A stretch of DNA of 64,000 nucleotides, from assembly GCF_006345805.1 (NCBI RefSeq), contig NC_042998.1:148428001-148492000 (forward strand). Direction: 5' to 3'. Each line of letters opens with the position of its first letter. The stretch's first letter is position 1. Origin of the DNA: Octopus sinensis (Eukaryota). Below, in pieces: positions 40,703 to 54,982 of this stretch. The notes beneath the pieces were generated by a model that saw only the letters and a program-made list of their open reading frames with translations, searched no databases and was not told the DNA's origin. The translations under genes and the position numbers were made by a program.

Positions 40703-40703
<1 letters not shown>
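40304..40703 (+). mobile_element. Full-length tRNA-derived SINE, family 1
   Basis: A-box TGGCTGTGTGG (40307-40317), B-box GGTTCAGTCCC (40350-40360), internal (TA)n/(TG)n; multiple dispersed copies in the window. Confidence 0.92.
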
Positions 40704-40756
<53 letters not shown>

Positions 40757-41771
40757 GCCCACACACATATATATCAATTTACATACATCTACATACATGC
40801 TAAAATGAGGTTATTTTGAATTTAAGGAGAACAAATGCACATTAACTGATTCAGGAACTCAATACTGAGGCTGGAGTCAAATTTAATGTAAAATTCGTGT
40901 TGGCTGGACTTTAAACTTCGCTTTGAATTATTCAACACAAAACATGACATATTAAATTTGAAAGATAAAATTTGAAATATATTTGAAATAAGAAATTCGA
41001 ACAAATGTGGGAATAAAAATATCAAATTTGAAATTTAAAGTAACAGATTTGATACGATTCATTTAAAAAAAATTAGATATGAAATTTGAATAATTTCAAA
41101 TAACAAATATAAATATAAATTTGAAAACAGCTGAATTTTGTAAAATATATGGAATTTTTCGACCATTGCTGTACCTTTGTTCAGCTTTAGCGTCCAAGCA
41201 TCTCAGCTGACTAAAGTTGAAAGTTTATACACGCATTACAAAGTTCGGCTATCTGTTTCAACACACGACTTCACATAAAAAATCTTGCACAACAAATATA
41301 TAATAATAATAATAATAATAATGATGATGAAATTAATTTACATTGAAAAGAATTGAAATATATATCAAATTTGAAAACAATTGCATGTTGCAAAATAAAT
41401 TAAATTTTCAAACCATTGCTGTATATTTCGGGGTTTCAGCTGTACAGACTCTGGAACTGACCAAACCAGAATGTTTATACAGCCGCCAAAAACTTCAGCT
41501 AAAACCCGAACCAGTAACATACATATTGCTATCTCTTAACTTCTCTGACATTGGCAATTTTCGAGTTAATAGACAGAAATAACGAATATCAAATTTCCAA
41601 ATCAAATAATAATGAAGTTGTCATTAAAACACGTCCAGGGGTCGCTAATTTAACATTCTATTTGACCTTTACGGTACCAATGCCAAAATTTCAGAGAAAG
41701 AGAGAGCACATTCGAACAAGGGGCTAAAAATAAAAATAATTCCGTTTGTGTATGTATACGTTGTTTGTTTG

Positions 41772-41813
<42 letters not shown>

Positions 41814-43084
41814 ATATTTATGTATGCATGCATGTGTCGATGGTTCTATGTGTGCGTGTCTATACGTGTGTATTTGTGAATGTATGTATGTATGTTTGTG
41901 CATGTGTCTGAATGGTTGTATGTGCGTCTATAAGTGTGTATTTAAATGAAGACGTGTGCATGTGTGTATGTATGTTGTATGTGTGCCTGAGTGATGTGCA
42001 AGTGTTGTATATATACGTTGCATGTGTATCTATAAGTGTGTACATGTACGTATGTATACATGCGTGTGTGTGTGTGTACGTGTATGCGTGTGCGTATGTG
42101 CGTGTGTATGTATGTGTATACATGTATATGCAAGTGTTTGTGTTCGTGTGTGTGTGCGTGCGTGCGAGAGTGTGTGTGAGGGTGTAGGAGTATTAGAGGG
42201 AGAAGTAAGATAAGTAATAACGTGGAAACGAGTTCTAATATAGAACAAGTAGTTATTTATAAATCGTAATAAAGACGAAGAATGCGGGGTGGAAACGGGG
42301 TAGGGTAATGAAGCTATATAAACAACAACAACAACGACGACAACAATAACAATAAATAATGAGAGTGTTTGAATGGTGAAGAGGACAGGGCACCTATATG
42401 TGGCCTGTCTGTGGTTGGATTTAGATCTGTCAGCATCATTGTATGATTGTTGTGTCTTCCATTGTTAGAGGAATAAGCGGAGATGATGGCGGACGTGGTG
42501 GGTGGGCAAATTTTCGTTGCTCTATGTCCTGGTTGGCAAGTTTATTGGCAGTAAACGTCTGCTGTATTTTAATGGAGGCAAAGATGAAGCACTGAGTTGG
42601 AGTTAAGGTTAGAGTGTGTGGTGTGGTGTGGTGTGGTGTGATGTGAAAGCTAAGGTTTATTTGGTTCAGATTTTGGCACCGCCATATTATGGTAGGTTTT
42701 TGAAACAAGTGTCAACGCTGCAATTCTCATGCGCAGACACATTTACGGTCCGCTCGCTCGTTCGCGCTCGCACACATGTTTCTTCATGCCTACACACACA
42801 CACACACACACACACCACACGACACACACTCACACACACGCGCACGCGCACACATACACTCACACACACACACTAACAGCACATGCACATACACACACAC
42901 ACACACACACATACACACACCTACTAACAACACATGCATATACACACTAGACACACACACACAGATGCATCAAAACACGGAGTCGCCTTTTTTCTTTGAC
43001 ATTGATAAGAACAATTTTTAGCAAGATTTCTTGAGGCGTCGTCGTCGTCCTTATTGTTAGTTTCATCATCATCATTTACATCAC

Positions 43085-43290
43085 AATCGACAATAATAAC
43101 AATGGCTTCAAATTTTGGCACAAGGCCAGTAATTTTGTGTGAGGGGATAGGTCGATTGCTTCGACTCCAGTGCTCCAATTGTACCTATTTTGTCGGCTGC
43201 ACATATTACTCAGGCACACATACAACTTTGGTGGAATTTGAACTCAGAACGTGAAGACGGAGGAAATGACGCCTAATATTTTGTCAAATG
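43085..43290 (-). mobile_element. SINE family 2-like, diverged
   Basis: ttttggcacaaggccag ... ggaatttgaactcagaacgtgaagacgg. Confidence 0.7.
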
Positions 43291-43681
43291 TGTGTGCATA
43301 TGTTTATATATGAAAATACATTTGACAGGTGTGATAACACCTGTCTACCATCCTGGAATCACTCTGACCAAAGCGAACAGAAGAAAAGGAGAGGTGCTGG
43401 CTATTTACCCTGGCTACCCGTACTGCTTATAATGAACCTCAGCGTCCAACTAAACTTCCGTCCAGTCTCTTACACTGTATTTTCAAAGATGGCTATTTTG
43501 TTTTGATGGATCTTGCCGGATCATACAGGTTTATTCAGAACCAGACACTACCGTCAACCGATGACAAAATATAGGGATAATTTAAATGGAGAATTCTATT
43601 TGAGAGTGTCTTTAGCAAAATCATAAACTTAAAATTACCAGTTATGTCCTTGATTTGAGTTCTTTCTCGGTAGCGAAGCTA

Positions 43682-44047
43682 CTTTTCAGCTCATATCAAT
43701 TCTTGTATCTGCTAATTCTGATACATATTTGCAAAGAACAGAGGATGAAAACAAGTATGGCATGCTGAGATGAAGCTTAATTCAATGGTTCAAACTCAGC
43801 GATTTTCCCTTCGTACATACACTTGCGTGCACGCACGGAAAATCGCTAGGTTTGGACCATTGAATTAATCTTTATTTCAGCATGCCATACTTGTTCATCT
43901 TCTGTTCTTTTCAGCTCATATCAATTATTTTAGTTGCTAATTCTGATACATATCTGCAAAGAACAGAGGATGAAAACAAGTATGACTTAATTCAATGTTC
44001 GAAACCTAGTGATTTTTCCTTCGTACATACACTTGCTTGCACGCACG
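43682..44047. repeat. Direct-inverted-direct local triplication (A, inverted part of A, A')
   Basis: A 43682-43837; inverted copy of 43733-43807 at 43838-43910; A' 43907-44047. Confidence 0.9.
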
Positions 44048-45153
44048 TATTCACACTCTTAGTTCTTCCTTTATCTCAAATGACGTTATCGGCTTTCCGC
44101 GTCACTTCACTTCATCTATGAGTTACGACAGACCTTCGCCGTAGGCTCTGAAATCTATGGCTGCCCGTCCCTCACTGACAAGAATACCTATAGCAAATTG
44201 TGTCAATCAAACAACCTGAAATCTGTTGCCTAACTTCAGACAAGAAATCTGTGAACGTCATGTGAAGTAAATGGGGGTAAGTACCTCCATAAGACCTTTA
44301 CTTCTAGATCTACTCGTAATCGGTTGAGATTTCAGGAGGACGTGTATATTTCCAAAATAAGTTTGAAATTGGAAATAAAACTATCAAGAATAGAATTTTG
44401 TGTCTCAAAAAAGAAATGCTTTCAAAATGTACCATCTGTCGCATGGCATTAGCATACGAATTCGCTATTAAAATAAAAGAATCACTTGTTATAATACAAG
44501 ATGGAGTTCATTTTGCTACTGCTAGTTTTCAGAAGAGCACATCATACTCCAAAATATATTTGGAAATCGAACAATGAAAAAGCATTTTGATCCAATTTTT
44601 AGAAATAGGTCAAAGTCTGCATGTGGCACTCAAGTTTCATTAAGTTTCATTCATCGTATGATATATATCAGCACAGTTTCAGAGAAAGAATTATGGGCAT
44701 ATAGAGGGAAGCAAGTTAATATTAAATTGTTTCAAGTTCAGAATGGTGTACAATTTATTTTTATGATGTATATTTTTCTGCAAGACAGACTGTATTTACG
44801 TTATAGTTTGTTTAAATAGCACTGTGATACAAGTGAACTTCTATGGCTGTCTTGTTTTTCTGTGGGGCTCTGTGGGGGCATTGTTAAAAAGGACTACTTC
44901 TGAAAATCTACAATAGCTCTGATTACAATAGATCCATCTTTGGGACAGAAAGGAGTAGTAGTTCATAAGCAGGGACCTAATATCTGTTTTAACAAATGGA
45001 GAGAAAAGTGTGATAGAGTTGAGAATGTCTGTCTATTCGTGGGTACATAGCCTCCTAAAAGGGACAGTCATATGTCTGTGTGATATGTCTTAAACAGATA
45101 GACAAAAATACAAATATATTTGACTTACTTACATGCATACATTCATACATTCA

Positions 45154-45254
<101 letters not shown>

Positions 45255-45262
45255 GCCTTTTA

Positions 45263-45636
45263 CCTTTTACTTGCTTTAATTATTTTACTGCAGCCATACT
45301 GGGGCACCGCCTTGAAGGGTTTTAGTCGCACGAATTGATTCCAGGACTTATTTTTTAAAGCCTAGTACTTATTCTATCGGTCTCTTTTGCAAAATCGCTA
45401 CGGTGACGTAAATACACCAACACCGGTTGTCAAGCGGTGGTGGGGCACAGACATAAAGACATACACTCATAGATATATTACATCTTTATATACAACGGAC
45501 TTCTTCTGAATCCGCTTACAAGGTTTTGGTCGGCCCGAGGCTATAGTTGAAGACACTTGCCCAAGGTGCCACGCAGCGGGACTGAACGCGAAGCCATGTG
45601 GTTGAGAAGTAAGTTTCTTAATAACACAGCCATGCC
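45263..45636 (-). mobile_element. SINE family 1
   Basis: Reverse-strand homolog of 40304-40703, next to (TATC)n at 45155-45255. Confidence 0.9.
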
Positions 45637-45670
45637 TACGCCTGTACATATGCATATGTTTCAGTGTGTG

Positions 45671-45728
<58 letters not shown>

Positions 45729-46444
45729 TAGGTATGTGTGTGTTTGATATTTCGACAAGAACACCTTGCTAAACTCTCTCTATATATACATAAACACATA
45801 TACTCACATGCACGAACACACACACGCGAAAATGTTAGTAGTATTTCTTTAGTTCATTTTTACTAGACAAACAAACTAGGAACTAGGAATGCTGTGGTGT
45901 ACATGTCTTTCCAATACTATATTACCTGCATAAGTTAATGGAGACGACCTCACTTAGCAGGAATGGCTTTCATTAAGAAATATAACTTTCGGGTCATGGG
46001 TTCAATTCACCGGAAGTTCTACCCAGTTCAGGAAAAATCGTTATATAAGACTATTGATAAAGCAATAAAAACTGAAGAATTCAAATGTGATTGTGGGAGT
46101 GATTTGGAGAAGTGGGAGGAGTAAAGCTGGGGAAAAAGGTGAATAAATGTGCAGGAAGGGGAAGAAACAAGTATCTTTTTTTTTTTCTTTTAGAAGAAAG
46201 CGATGTGTAAGAACGTATTGGAAGAATGATACAGAAAATTATTAGAAAGAAATACAGAAGCAAGTAGAAAGGAAACGGATGGATGAGTGAATGGGTAAAG
46301 AAAACAATGGAAGGAATTGGAAGGCAGAATGGAAGAACGAGACAAAAAAGGAGAAAAAACGGCGTAACAAAAAGTACTTCAATGAAAATGTACGCTGGGA
46401 AAAGAAAAATGTGAAAGAAAAGAGGGAGTAATAATAATAATAAC

Positions 46445-46493
<49 letters not shown>

Positions 46494-46831
46494 GCTGCTG
46501 CTGATGATGATGGTAAAGACGATATGATAATGATGGTGTTGATAGTAATCATAGTTGTGGTGGTGATGGTGCTTGCAGCAGCGATGATACTGATGAAGAA
46601 GGTTATGGTGATGATCATGATGATAATGCTGGTGGTGGTAGAGTGATCACGATAATGATGATTTCTTTTATTTGCCACAAGGGTGTTAGACAGAGGAGAT
46701 ATTACGAACACAAGTTACAATTTGTGCGGGCGCATACATAAAAATCAACATATTTTTATGTAATAATGGTGATGATTATGTTGATGATGATAATAATAAT
46801 GATGATAACGATGATGATGATGATGATGATG

Positions 46832-46947
<116 letters not shown>

Positions 46948-47955
46948 ATGGAGGAGAAAAAGGGGAAGACGAAAGACGATATTAGGAAAGGGAAAACTAG
47001 GGAGAACAGAAAGAAATATATAGAAGCATAAAATAGGAAGGAAAACGGCGGCAGAAAAAGAAGGAAAAGAAGGAAGGAAGAAGGAAAGGAAGGAAATGAT
47101 AAAATGAAAGGAGAAAAAAGGACAAGTAGAAATATAAAGAGAACAAATCTGGAATGATCAAACAACAGCAATAATAACAAAGACGATAATAATAATGATA
47201 AAAATTATAATAATAATAATGATAATAATAATGTTAATGATGATAGAAACAATAATAACAATAATAGTAATAATAATAACAACAATAATAATAGTTCAGT
47301 ATTAATATTAGTACTAGTGGTAGTAGTCGTAATAAAAACAAGAACAACAACAACGAGAACAACAACAACAACAATAATAGAGGACGAAAATAGTGAACAG
47401 AAAAGAATGAAATGGAAATATAAGGAAAGGATTAAAGGAGAATAAGTCTTGGATGAATGAGGGGGCAAAAAGAAACAGTTATGGGTGGGAGGGAAGAAGA
47501 AAAGCAAGAAGACGAATAAGAAAGGAGAAAATATAGGAAAATGCGAAAAGAAAAATATTGGGTGGGAATCTGGAACGAGGAGAAAGCTTATTACTAGATA
47601 TAAAAAGCAAATTTTGGCAAAATATAGGTTGAACTTCTTCGTCTCTTTCTTTCTTCTTCAACAGACTCAGGTTCTGAGAATAAGCGCCGGAAGAAATAAT
47701 GGTCTGTAATGATGGGAGTGGAAGCAACATTTTCTTCTACTCCTTTAATATACCATTCTTTTGAAACATATACATAGATAGACTAGTTCACAGACAAGAC
47801 GTAAGACACCAGCATACATACTTATATGTACATATGTATGCATGCTTACCCTCTTGTACAAATACATACACACACGCACGTACAGGCACACAACCACACA
47901 CACATATATATATAGATATATATGTATATGTATTATATATGAGCATATATATATG

Positions 47956-48007
<52 letters not shown>

Positions 48008-48041
48008 TATATACGTATGTATATATATATATGTATGTATG

Positions 48042-48134
<93 letters not shown>

Positions 48135-48355
48135 AATGCTACTTTGTAAAATAGTATCCCTTCTTATCAGATATTTGTACTACTTACCTTAGACCTATCA
48201 TTTTCCGTTTTCTCTCTCTTCAATACCTTCGTCGCATTTCATTCGGTATTATTTATTGCTTTTCCCTCTTCTTCTGCATATCTTGGTTGATGATATAGTC
48301 TGTCAGATATGATTCCAATCTACAACACATGATATCATATGTAGCCTTAAAAAAC

Positions 48356-48446
<91 letters not shown>

Positions 48447-49413
48447 TGTATGTATGTATGTATATGTATATTTTGCCTGGAATGCAGTATTCTAGAAATC
48501 CGGAGGTATCATTCTTACATTTGTACATTTCTATTGTTTCTTTTTAGTTTTCAAAATGCTACATTTATATAGTATTCAACAGATCGTTACTCGCATTTTG
48601 TCAATGGATTGATGTAGTGGTGGATCTTTGTCGTTCATCGACGGGGATACAGTTGTGTGACCAACTGAATAACTCGCTCGTGCACGTGCATTAACGATAC
48701 TTGGTTGAGTATTTCGAAGTCATGTGATCACTTAACATAAATCTCAGGCCAATTTAGTGTGACACAGCGTGTAACAAGATTTTACTATCTAAAATACTGG
48801 TGCAGTCCAACGGATGGACTTCTAAACAGTTTTCCGTCTATATAATTTCAGTTACAAAAATTGGTCGACCTGAGTCTATAGAAAATAAAATCTGCCGAAG
48901 ATGCTAAGCATTAGGATCGAAAGCAACAGCTTATAATTGTGAAGCAAATTGCCTAAGCATTCTATCACACTGCTCCAGTTTTTATTAAATCTATTATAAA
49001 ATTTAATATACTGCCATCACGTCACATATATCACACTACTTTAAATATATTAGTTTTGTCACTCGCATACTAAATAATATGACGATGGATTCAGTTGTTT
49101 GTTCAATGGAATAACTTGCAGCTGAGCTATGATGAATTTTATCCTTTAAAAATCTCTGACAAACTGGTTGCAACCAGGGTAAACAGGTTTTCTAACATGA
49201 TAAAGCTTGTAAAATTCAGCTGTGTTTCCTTTATTTCTTTGTGTCAACTTTACTCCGAATCTGTGTCAGAAACGTTAAAGGTTCCTCTCAGCATATATGG
49301 AAATATATATGTGCATACACACAGCAACTAGGGGTAGTGTTTTCTACTATGGCTACGAGCCCAGCAAAGCCTTGTGAGTGGATTTGAAAGACAGAATCTA
49401 AAAGAAGTCCGTC

Positions 49414-49447
<34 letters not shown>

Positions 49448-49564
49448 CACCGTCACTCTTGCCGCTAGTCACCATGATTGTCATATATATATATATATAT
49501 ATGCATACACACACACACACACACACGCGCGCGCGCGCACACGCGCACACACACACACACACAC

Positions 49565-49614
<50 letters not shown>

Positions 49615-49619
49615 GGAGC

Positions 49620-49900
49620 ACAGCGTCGGTTACGACGATGAGGGTCCCAGCTGATACGATCAACGGAAGAGCTTGCTCATGAGATTAACGTGCAAGTGGC
49701 TGAGCATTCCACAGACACGTGTACTCTTAACGTAGTTCGCAAGGAGATTCAGCGTGACACAAGGCTGGGCCATTTGAAATACAGGTACTACTCAGTTTTG
49801 CCAGCTGAGTGGACTGGAGCAATGTGAAATAAAGTGTCTTGCTCAAGGAACAAACGCGTCGCCGGGAATCGAACTCACAACCTTACTATCATGAGCTTCA
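49620..49900 (-). mobile_element. SINE family 3 (core shared with 51161-51506)
   Basis: cgtcggttacgacgatgaggg ... attaacgtgcaagtggctgagc ... gattcagcgtgacacaagg. Confidence 0.8.
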
Positions 49901-51050
49901 AGGCGGTGCTCCAGCATGGCCCCAGTCTAAGTAAAAACATAAAAATATATGTATATCATATATAAAGTCGGGCATCTAAGTGAAGTGGATCGGTGCGTAA
50001 TAATGCCGCCGAGAAGAAGGCACTGAAACGGCGCATGTTTTCTCCTGATGACACCCCACATAAATATATAAATATATATACATATATATAATGTGCACTC
50101 CCCTTTCACCTTCCCAACCCCTTCCACTAACGGCGTTACCCTGTTGCCTCTGTGTACAAGATGTGTGTGTGTGTGTGTATAAATATATATATATATATAC
50201 ACACACATTTATATACATATTTGCACAAGCATACAATACACACATACACATCTATGGAAAGTCTAATCCAGAGGGTCATATACTTCACTCTGAAATGAAT
50301 GATTGATATGAATCCACTTCAGTCGTGGATATAGCATAGAGAGTGACGTAGATATAGCATTGTGATATACACAGATATGACATCGTGAATGACGTGGATA
50401 TAACTTAGTAATGGCGGTCCTGTCATGCTTACTTGCCCACCATGAAGAACAGAAGACCTAAGTATTTCGTATTGTTTGTATGACTCAACGGAATATATGA
50501 CTCATCACATCAATTCCCAAGCCAAATATATTTACCTTGCGAACCGCGATAAAAATATCATACAAGTGTGAAATCGGAAAATCTGTTAGATTTAGAATTA
50601 ATTTAAATGGAATATTTCTCATCAACGAGTAGATAACCAGAACGCGATTAACTCCAAGCTGGGAAAGACAGCCACATGCTATTACTCCGAACGAGCGGAT
50701 TGCTGGACCATAAGCCCTGCCCTATTTGAGCAGATACTTTTGCTTTCTGTGTCCCAAAATGAAAGGATTCGAATTTTGTCATCTGAAACTATTACGAAAA
50801 AGATCTTGAGTTCTATAATATAACTACCAGTAATACGCTGGTTTCAGAGTAACTGACCGTACAGTATACTTCGTTGTAAATTTATTGATTCTCACTTCTT
50901 TAAGAAAAATTATGGAATGTATCAACATGAGAACCGGAAGTACATTCGAAGGTTAAAAAAAAGTAGCAACAAAAAAGTAGGTTATCAATTCGATGTACAT
51001 ATATTTACATACATATGCACATACACACATGTTAACAAATCTATATGCAT

Positions 51051-51118
<68 letters not shown>

Positions 51119-51160
51119 ATACAGACACACATATGTATATATGAATGTATATATATCGTA

Positions 51161-51506
51161 GTACTCCGTCGATTACGACGACGAGGGTTCTAGTTGATCC
51201 GGTCAACGGAACAGCCTGCTCGTGCACTCCACAGACATGTGTAACCTTAACGTAGTTCTCGGGGAGATTCAGTGTAACACAGAGTGTGACAAGGTTGGCT
51301 CTTTGAAATACAGGGACAACAGAAACAGGAAGAAAGAGTGAGGGAAAGATTTGGTAAAAGAGTACATCAGGGTTTGCCACCATCCCCTGCCGGAGCCTCG
51401 TTGGACTTCGGGTGTTTTCGCTCAAACACATTGACAACGCCCGGTCTGGGAATGGAAACCGTGATCCTACGACCGCGAGTCCGCAACGCTAACCACTGGG
51501 CCATTG
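51161..51506 (-). mobile_element. tRNA-derived SINE family 3 with a central core (possibly Deu/Nin-type domain)
   Basis: Minus-strand head caatggcccagtggttagcgttgcggactcgcggtcgtaggatcacggtttccattccc is tRNA-like; related copies at 49620 and about 48620-48780. The core-domain name is from recall. Confidence 0.8.
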
Positions 51507-52018
51507 ATCCTCGATATATAGGCCGAAACTGTAATGATGATTGGAAGCTTGACTGAAGAATAGAAAGCTACGAGGGTTCCGATCTGGTTTCCCTGTCCAT
51601 ATTTGTATCGTCCTTCTGTCCGTATGTTTTCAATGTCGTCCGTTACTAGTTTATTTTGTCTTTTTGTCTTCTCTCCTGGTGCTGTATGAATTTTTGATGT
51701 GGTTTTAAAGTCAAGTTTTGGCTGCTATTTCAAGCGTGGTGGTATCTCTTAGATATCCTAAATTATAATCTTATATATATATTTGTCATTATCAGCGCCA
51801 AGCAGTGGTTTAGCATATGCAAACTGTAGGTTAAAATATGTTTCTGATATATTTCAACTCCTAAAGGCAAATTCACTGCAGTTACCGTGAAGAAAAAATT
51901 TATTTTTATGGTAAAAGGTGCGAAAACACCTGATGTTTTTACACCTTCTTGTTTTTAGAACTTGAAGTATGTCGCAAACATATTTTAACTAACCCAAAGT
52001 TCGCATATGCATACATAC

Positions 52019-52055
<37 letters not shown>

Positions 52056-52057
52056 CT

Positions 52058-52252
52058 TTTACTTGTTTCAGTCATGTGACTGGGGCCATGTGGGAGCACT
52101 GCCTTTAGTCGAGCAAATCGACCCCAGGACTTATTGTTTGTAAGCCTAGTACTTATTCTATCGGTCACTTTTGTCGAACCGCTAATTGACGGGGACGTAA
52201 ACACACCACCATCAGTTGTCAAGCGATGTTGGGGGGGGGGGGTCAAACACAG

Positions 52253-52285
<33 letters not shown>

Positions 52286-52290
52286 CATAT
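52058..52290 (-). mobile_element. SINE family 1, 3' half
   Basis: ttttacttgtttcagtcatgtgactgggg ... gttgtcaagcgatgttgggg. Confidence 0.85.
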
Positions 52291-52557
52291 ATACGACGAA
52301 ATAATTATAATAGTCATTAATTTAAGCAGCTCTTATTAAATGTTTACGTAACGTTTGCATGCTCTTTTCAAATGTTTCCCCGCACACACTTTAAAGTTCT
52401 TTTACATATATCCAACGGTAAACATAAACACATGTATATGCAGACAAAGAAGCTGTAAAACATGCTCTAACAAACATGAACATAAATCTAAGCATGCATG
52501 CACACTATGATACATATTCTAGGTAATAGTAAATATACACAGACCTACATACACATA

Positions 52558-53290
52558 CGAGGTGGTATCAAAAGTTCCCAGGACTATTTTTATAGCGCGC
52601 CACAAGATGACAGCACACTGTTGCATGCGCAATGAGAGGTAGTAATGACCTTCATGAGATAGTGTGCCAAGTGACATTGCTGAGTTTATTTTGAAAGCTG
52701 TGAAATTTGTCTTTGTGATGGTGGGTATGCTGAAGTCTACAATTTTGTCATAGACAGGAACATAGAGCTAACGAGAAAATTGGTGTTAAACTTGAGAAGT
52801 CTGCAGCAGAGACATTGAGCATACTTTCGCAAGCTTATGGCAACAAAGCAATGAGTCGTACGCAATGTTTCAAGTGTCATGGACGGTTTCAAAGCGGAAG
52901 AACGTTCCTGGACATTGATGAGCAATCTGGAAGACCTGCCACGAGTGTCACCCCCAGAAATGTATTGTGTATCAAGAATTCTTCTCTCAGGATCTGACAG
53001 TCAATCGAAAGTTCTACTGCAACGTGTTGAAGCGTTTGATGGAGGACATTCGGTGAAGGCGTCTGGATTTGTGGAGCATGAAGAATTGGATTCTTCACCA
53101 CGACAAGAATTGGATTCTTCAAACTTGTTTCTCGCCAAAAAATAACATGGTATCGCTTCTGCACCCGCCCTATTCGGCAAATTTAGCATCTGCAGCCTTC
53201 TGTCGCTTCCCCAAGAGGAAAATGTAACCCAAACATAGTCGTTTTAACCTCGTTGTCGAGATCCAGAGTAAATCAGAAGATCCCCGACTC
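52558..53290 (+). mobile_element. Internally deleted mariner transposon
   Basis: TA|CGAGGTGGTATCAAAAGTTCC start; translation AYGNKAMSRTQCFKCHGRFQSG...DEQSGRP, then TVNRKFYCNVLKRL, WILHHD, LHPPYS. Confidence 0.9.
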
Positions 53291-53423
53291 GCGCAAAACG
53301 TGTGTATATATGTACAAACATGCACACATACACATATGCATAATACTCACATACTTACACTCTTACACTCGTATATGTGTGCCTGCATGTATGTGGACGT
53401 GTGTGTGTGCGTATCTATATTTA

Positions 53424-54982
53424 CAGTAGCGACCATAATATAAGGGTCAGTAAGAACAAATGTATTGAAATAGTTATAGAAAATTGTGTTGTTAATATGG
53501 TGTTTTGAATTTAGATATATCTTCTATCTATCTTTCAAGAAAATTTCAAGTGAATGGAATATATATTATGAGGAAATAAACCAGTAAGGTTCCAAATTGC
53601 AGCGGTAAAAAGTTATGGGTCACTTAGAAAAAAACTGAACTACTAACCGAGGTATGTGTTGTTTAGAAGACTGTTAATGGGCTAACAGTTACTTCTTATG
53701 AACTTACATCATTGGAACATTCATCTGTCAACATGACGGCTTCTGAGAGACGACCAGTATCCTGTGATGAAAAACAAATGATAGTGTGCCTTCAGCAAGA
53801 GGGCAAGTCGAATTCTGTGATAGCATCTACTGTAGGAAGGTCTAGAAATGTTGTGCAACGAATTGTTGCTCAGATGCTAAACCCCAAACCGGTAGAACTC
53901 GTAAAATTTCACCTAGACAGGATCGTATTATGGTCAGAATGTCACTGGTTTAAGAGTGCTGCTGAGATATCCCGCGAGTTTAGCTCTACTTCCAATGTCA
54001 AAATATCGCGCAAAACACTTTCTCAGAGGTTAGGAGGTTCTGGGTTGCTTGCTCGGGCACCTGCAACGAAACCTCTGATCTCCAAGAAGAATCAACGAGC
54101 CCATCTTCGTTTCACTCACGAACACGTCGTTTGGACAGAAGAACAGTGGTCGTAGGTTTATTTTAGCGATGAATCGAAGTTTAATGTGATTGGTTCCAAT
54201 GGCGAGATGTATGTCCGAAGAAGTGGCGAAAGGTAATATCGTGCATGTGTGAAAAAGACAATGAAATATGGAGGAGTAGGAAGTGTAATGGTATGAGGAA
54301 TGGTCACTGCTGCTGGTCCTGGTCTACTTATTTGTTTACAAAAGACTGTCAATGCTGAAATCTACAAGCAGATTCTTAGACGATCCTCGTCAATTCAACC
54401 TCCTCTCTTCGTGCAGGACAACTCTCCCTGTTACACTGCGAAGAGAGTCAAAGATGTTTTTGAGTGATGAAAGGGTTTATCTCATGGACTTGCCACTTCA
54501 AAGTCCCGATCTCAACCTTATAGAAAACGTTTGGAAGATTATTGGAGATGGGGCACGAACGAGAAATCCAAACAACCAAGACGAACTCTGGGAATTATTG
54601 AAAAACGAATGGAACAGTACTACTCCATCATTTTGTAAGAAATTTATTCAGTCCTGTGGTAACAAATGTCAGGAGGTCATTGATAGTAAAGGGATGTTCA
54701 TAAAATATTAAAAGTAAGGGTTTCTTTTTTGTCCTTGTTCCATATTTAATTGTTTTTCTAAGTGACCCTTAACTTTTAGCCGTTGCATTTTGGAAGATTG
54801 TTTGTTTATTTCCTCATAACTTACGAAATATTTATTCCATTAACTTGAAAATTTCATGAAAGATAGATATTAGATATATCTAAGTATTTGTAAAATATCT
54901 AGTTTCAATATTTTGTTAATCTTCTATAATAAATATTTCAATACACTTGTTCTTGCTGACACTTATATTATGGCTGTTAATA
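53424..54982 (+). mobile_element. Tc1-family DNA transposon with long (about 215-230 bp) imperfect TIRs
   Basis: Left TIR about 53424-53637 (TA|CAGTAGCGACCATAATATAAG) matches the reverse complement of about 54750-54982; contains a transposase pseudogene. Confidence 0.9.
53733..54711 (+). pseudogene. Tc1 DD34E transposase, disrupted by stops and frameshifts
   Basis: HTH-like N-terminus, KPLISKKNQRAHLRF, FSDESKFN, QDNSPC, QSPDLNLIENVWK, CQEVIDSKG..KY*. Confidence 0.92.

Noticed and set aside
43330-43575. Possible exon after catttgacag with two partly open frames
   Set aside because: No recognisable protein, no convincing donor, and the frames end in nearby stops.
50045-50065. CTGATGA-CACCCC in a short (TA)-flanked element as a third hammerhead
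   Set aside because: The sequence runs into microsatellite before any helix II partner or GAAA; it cannot be tested from this copy.
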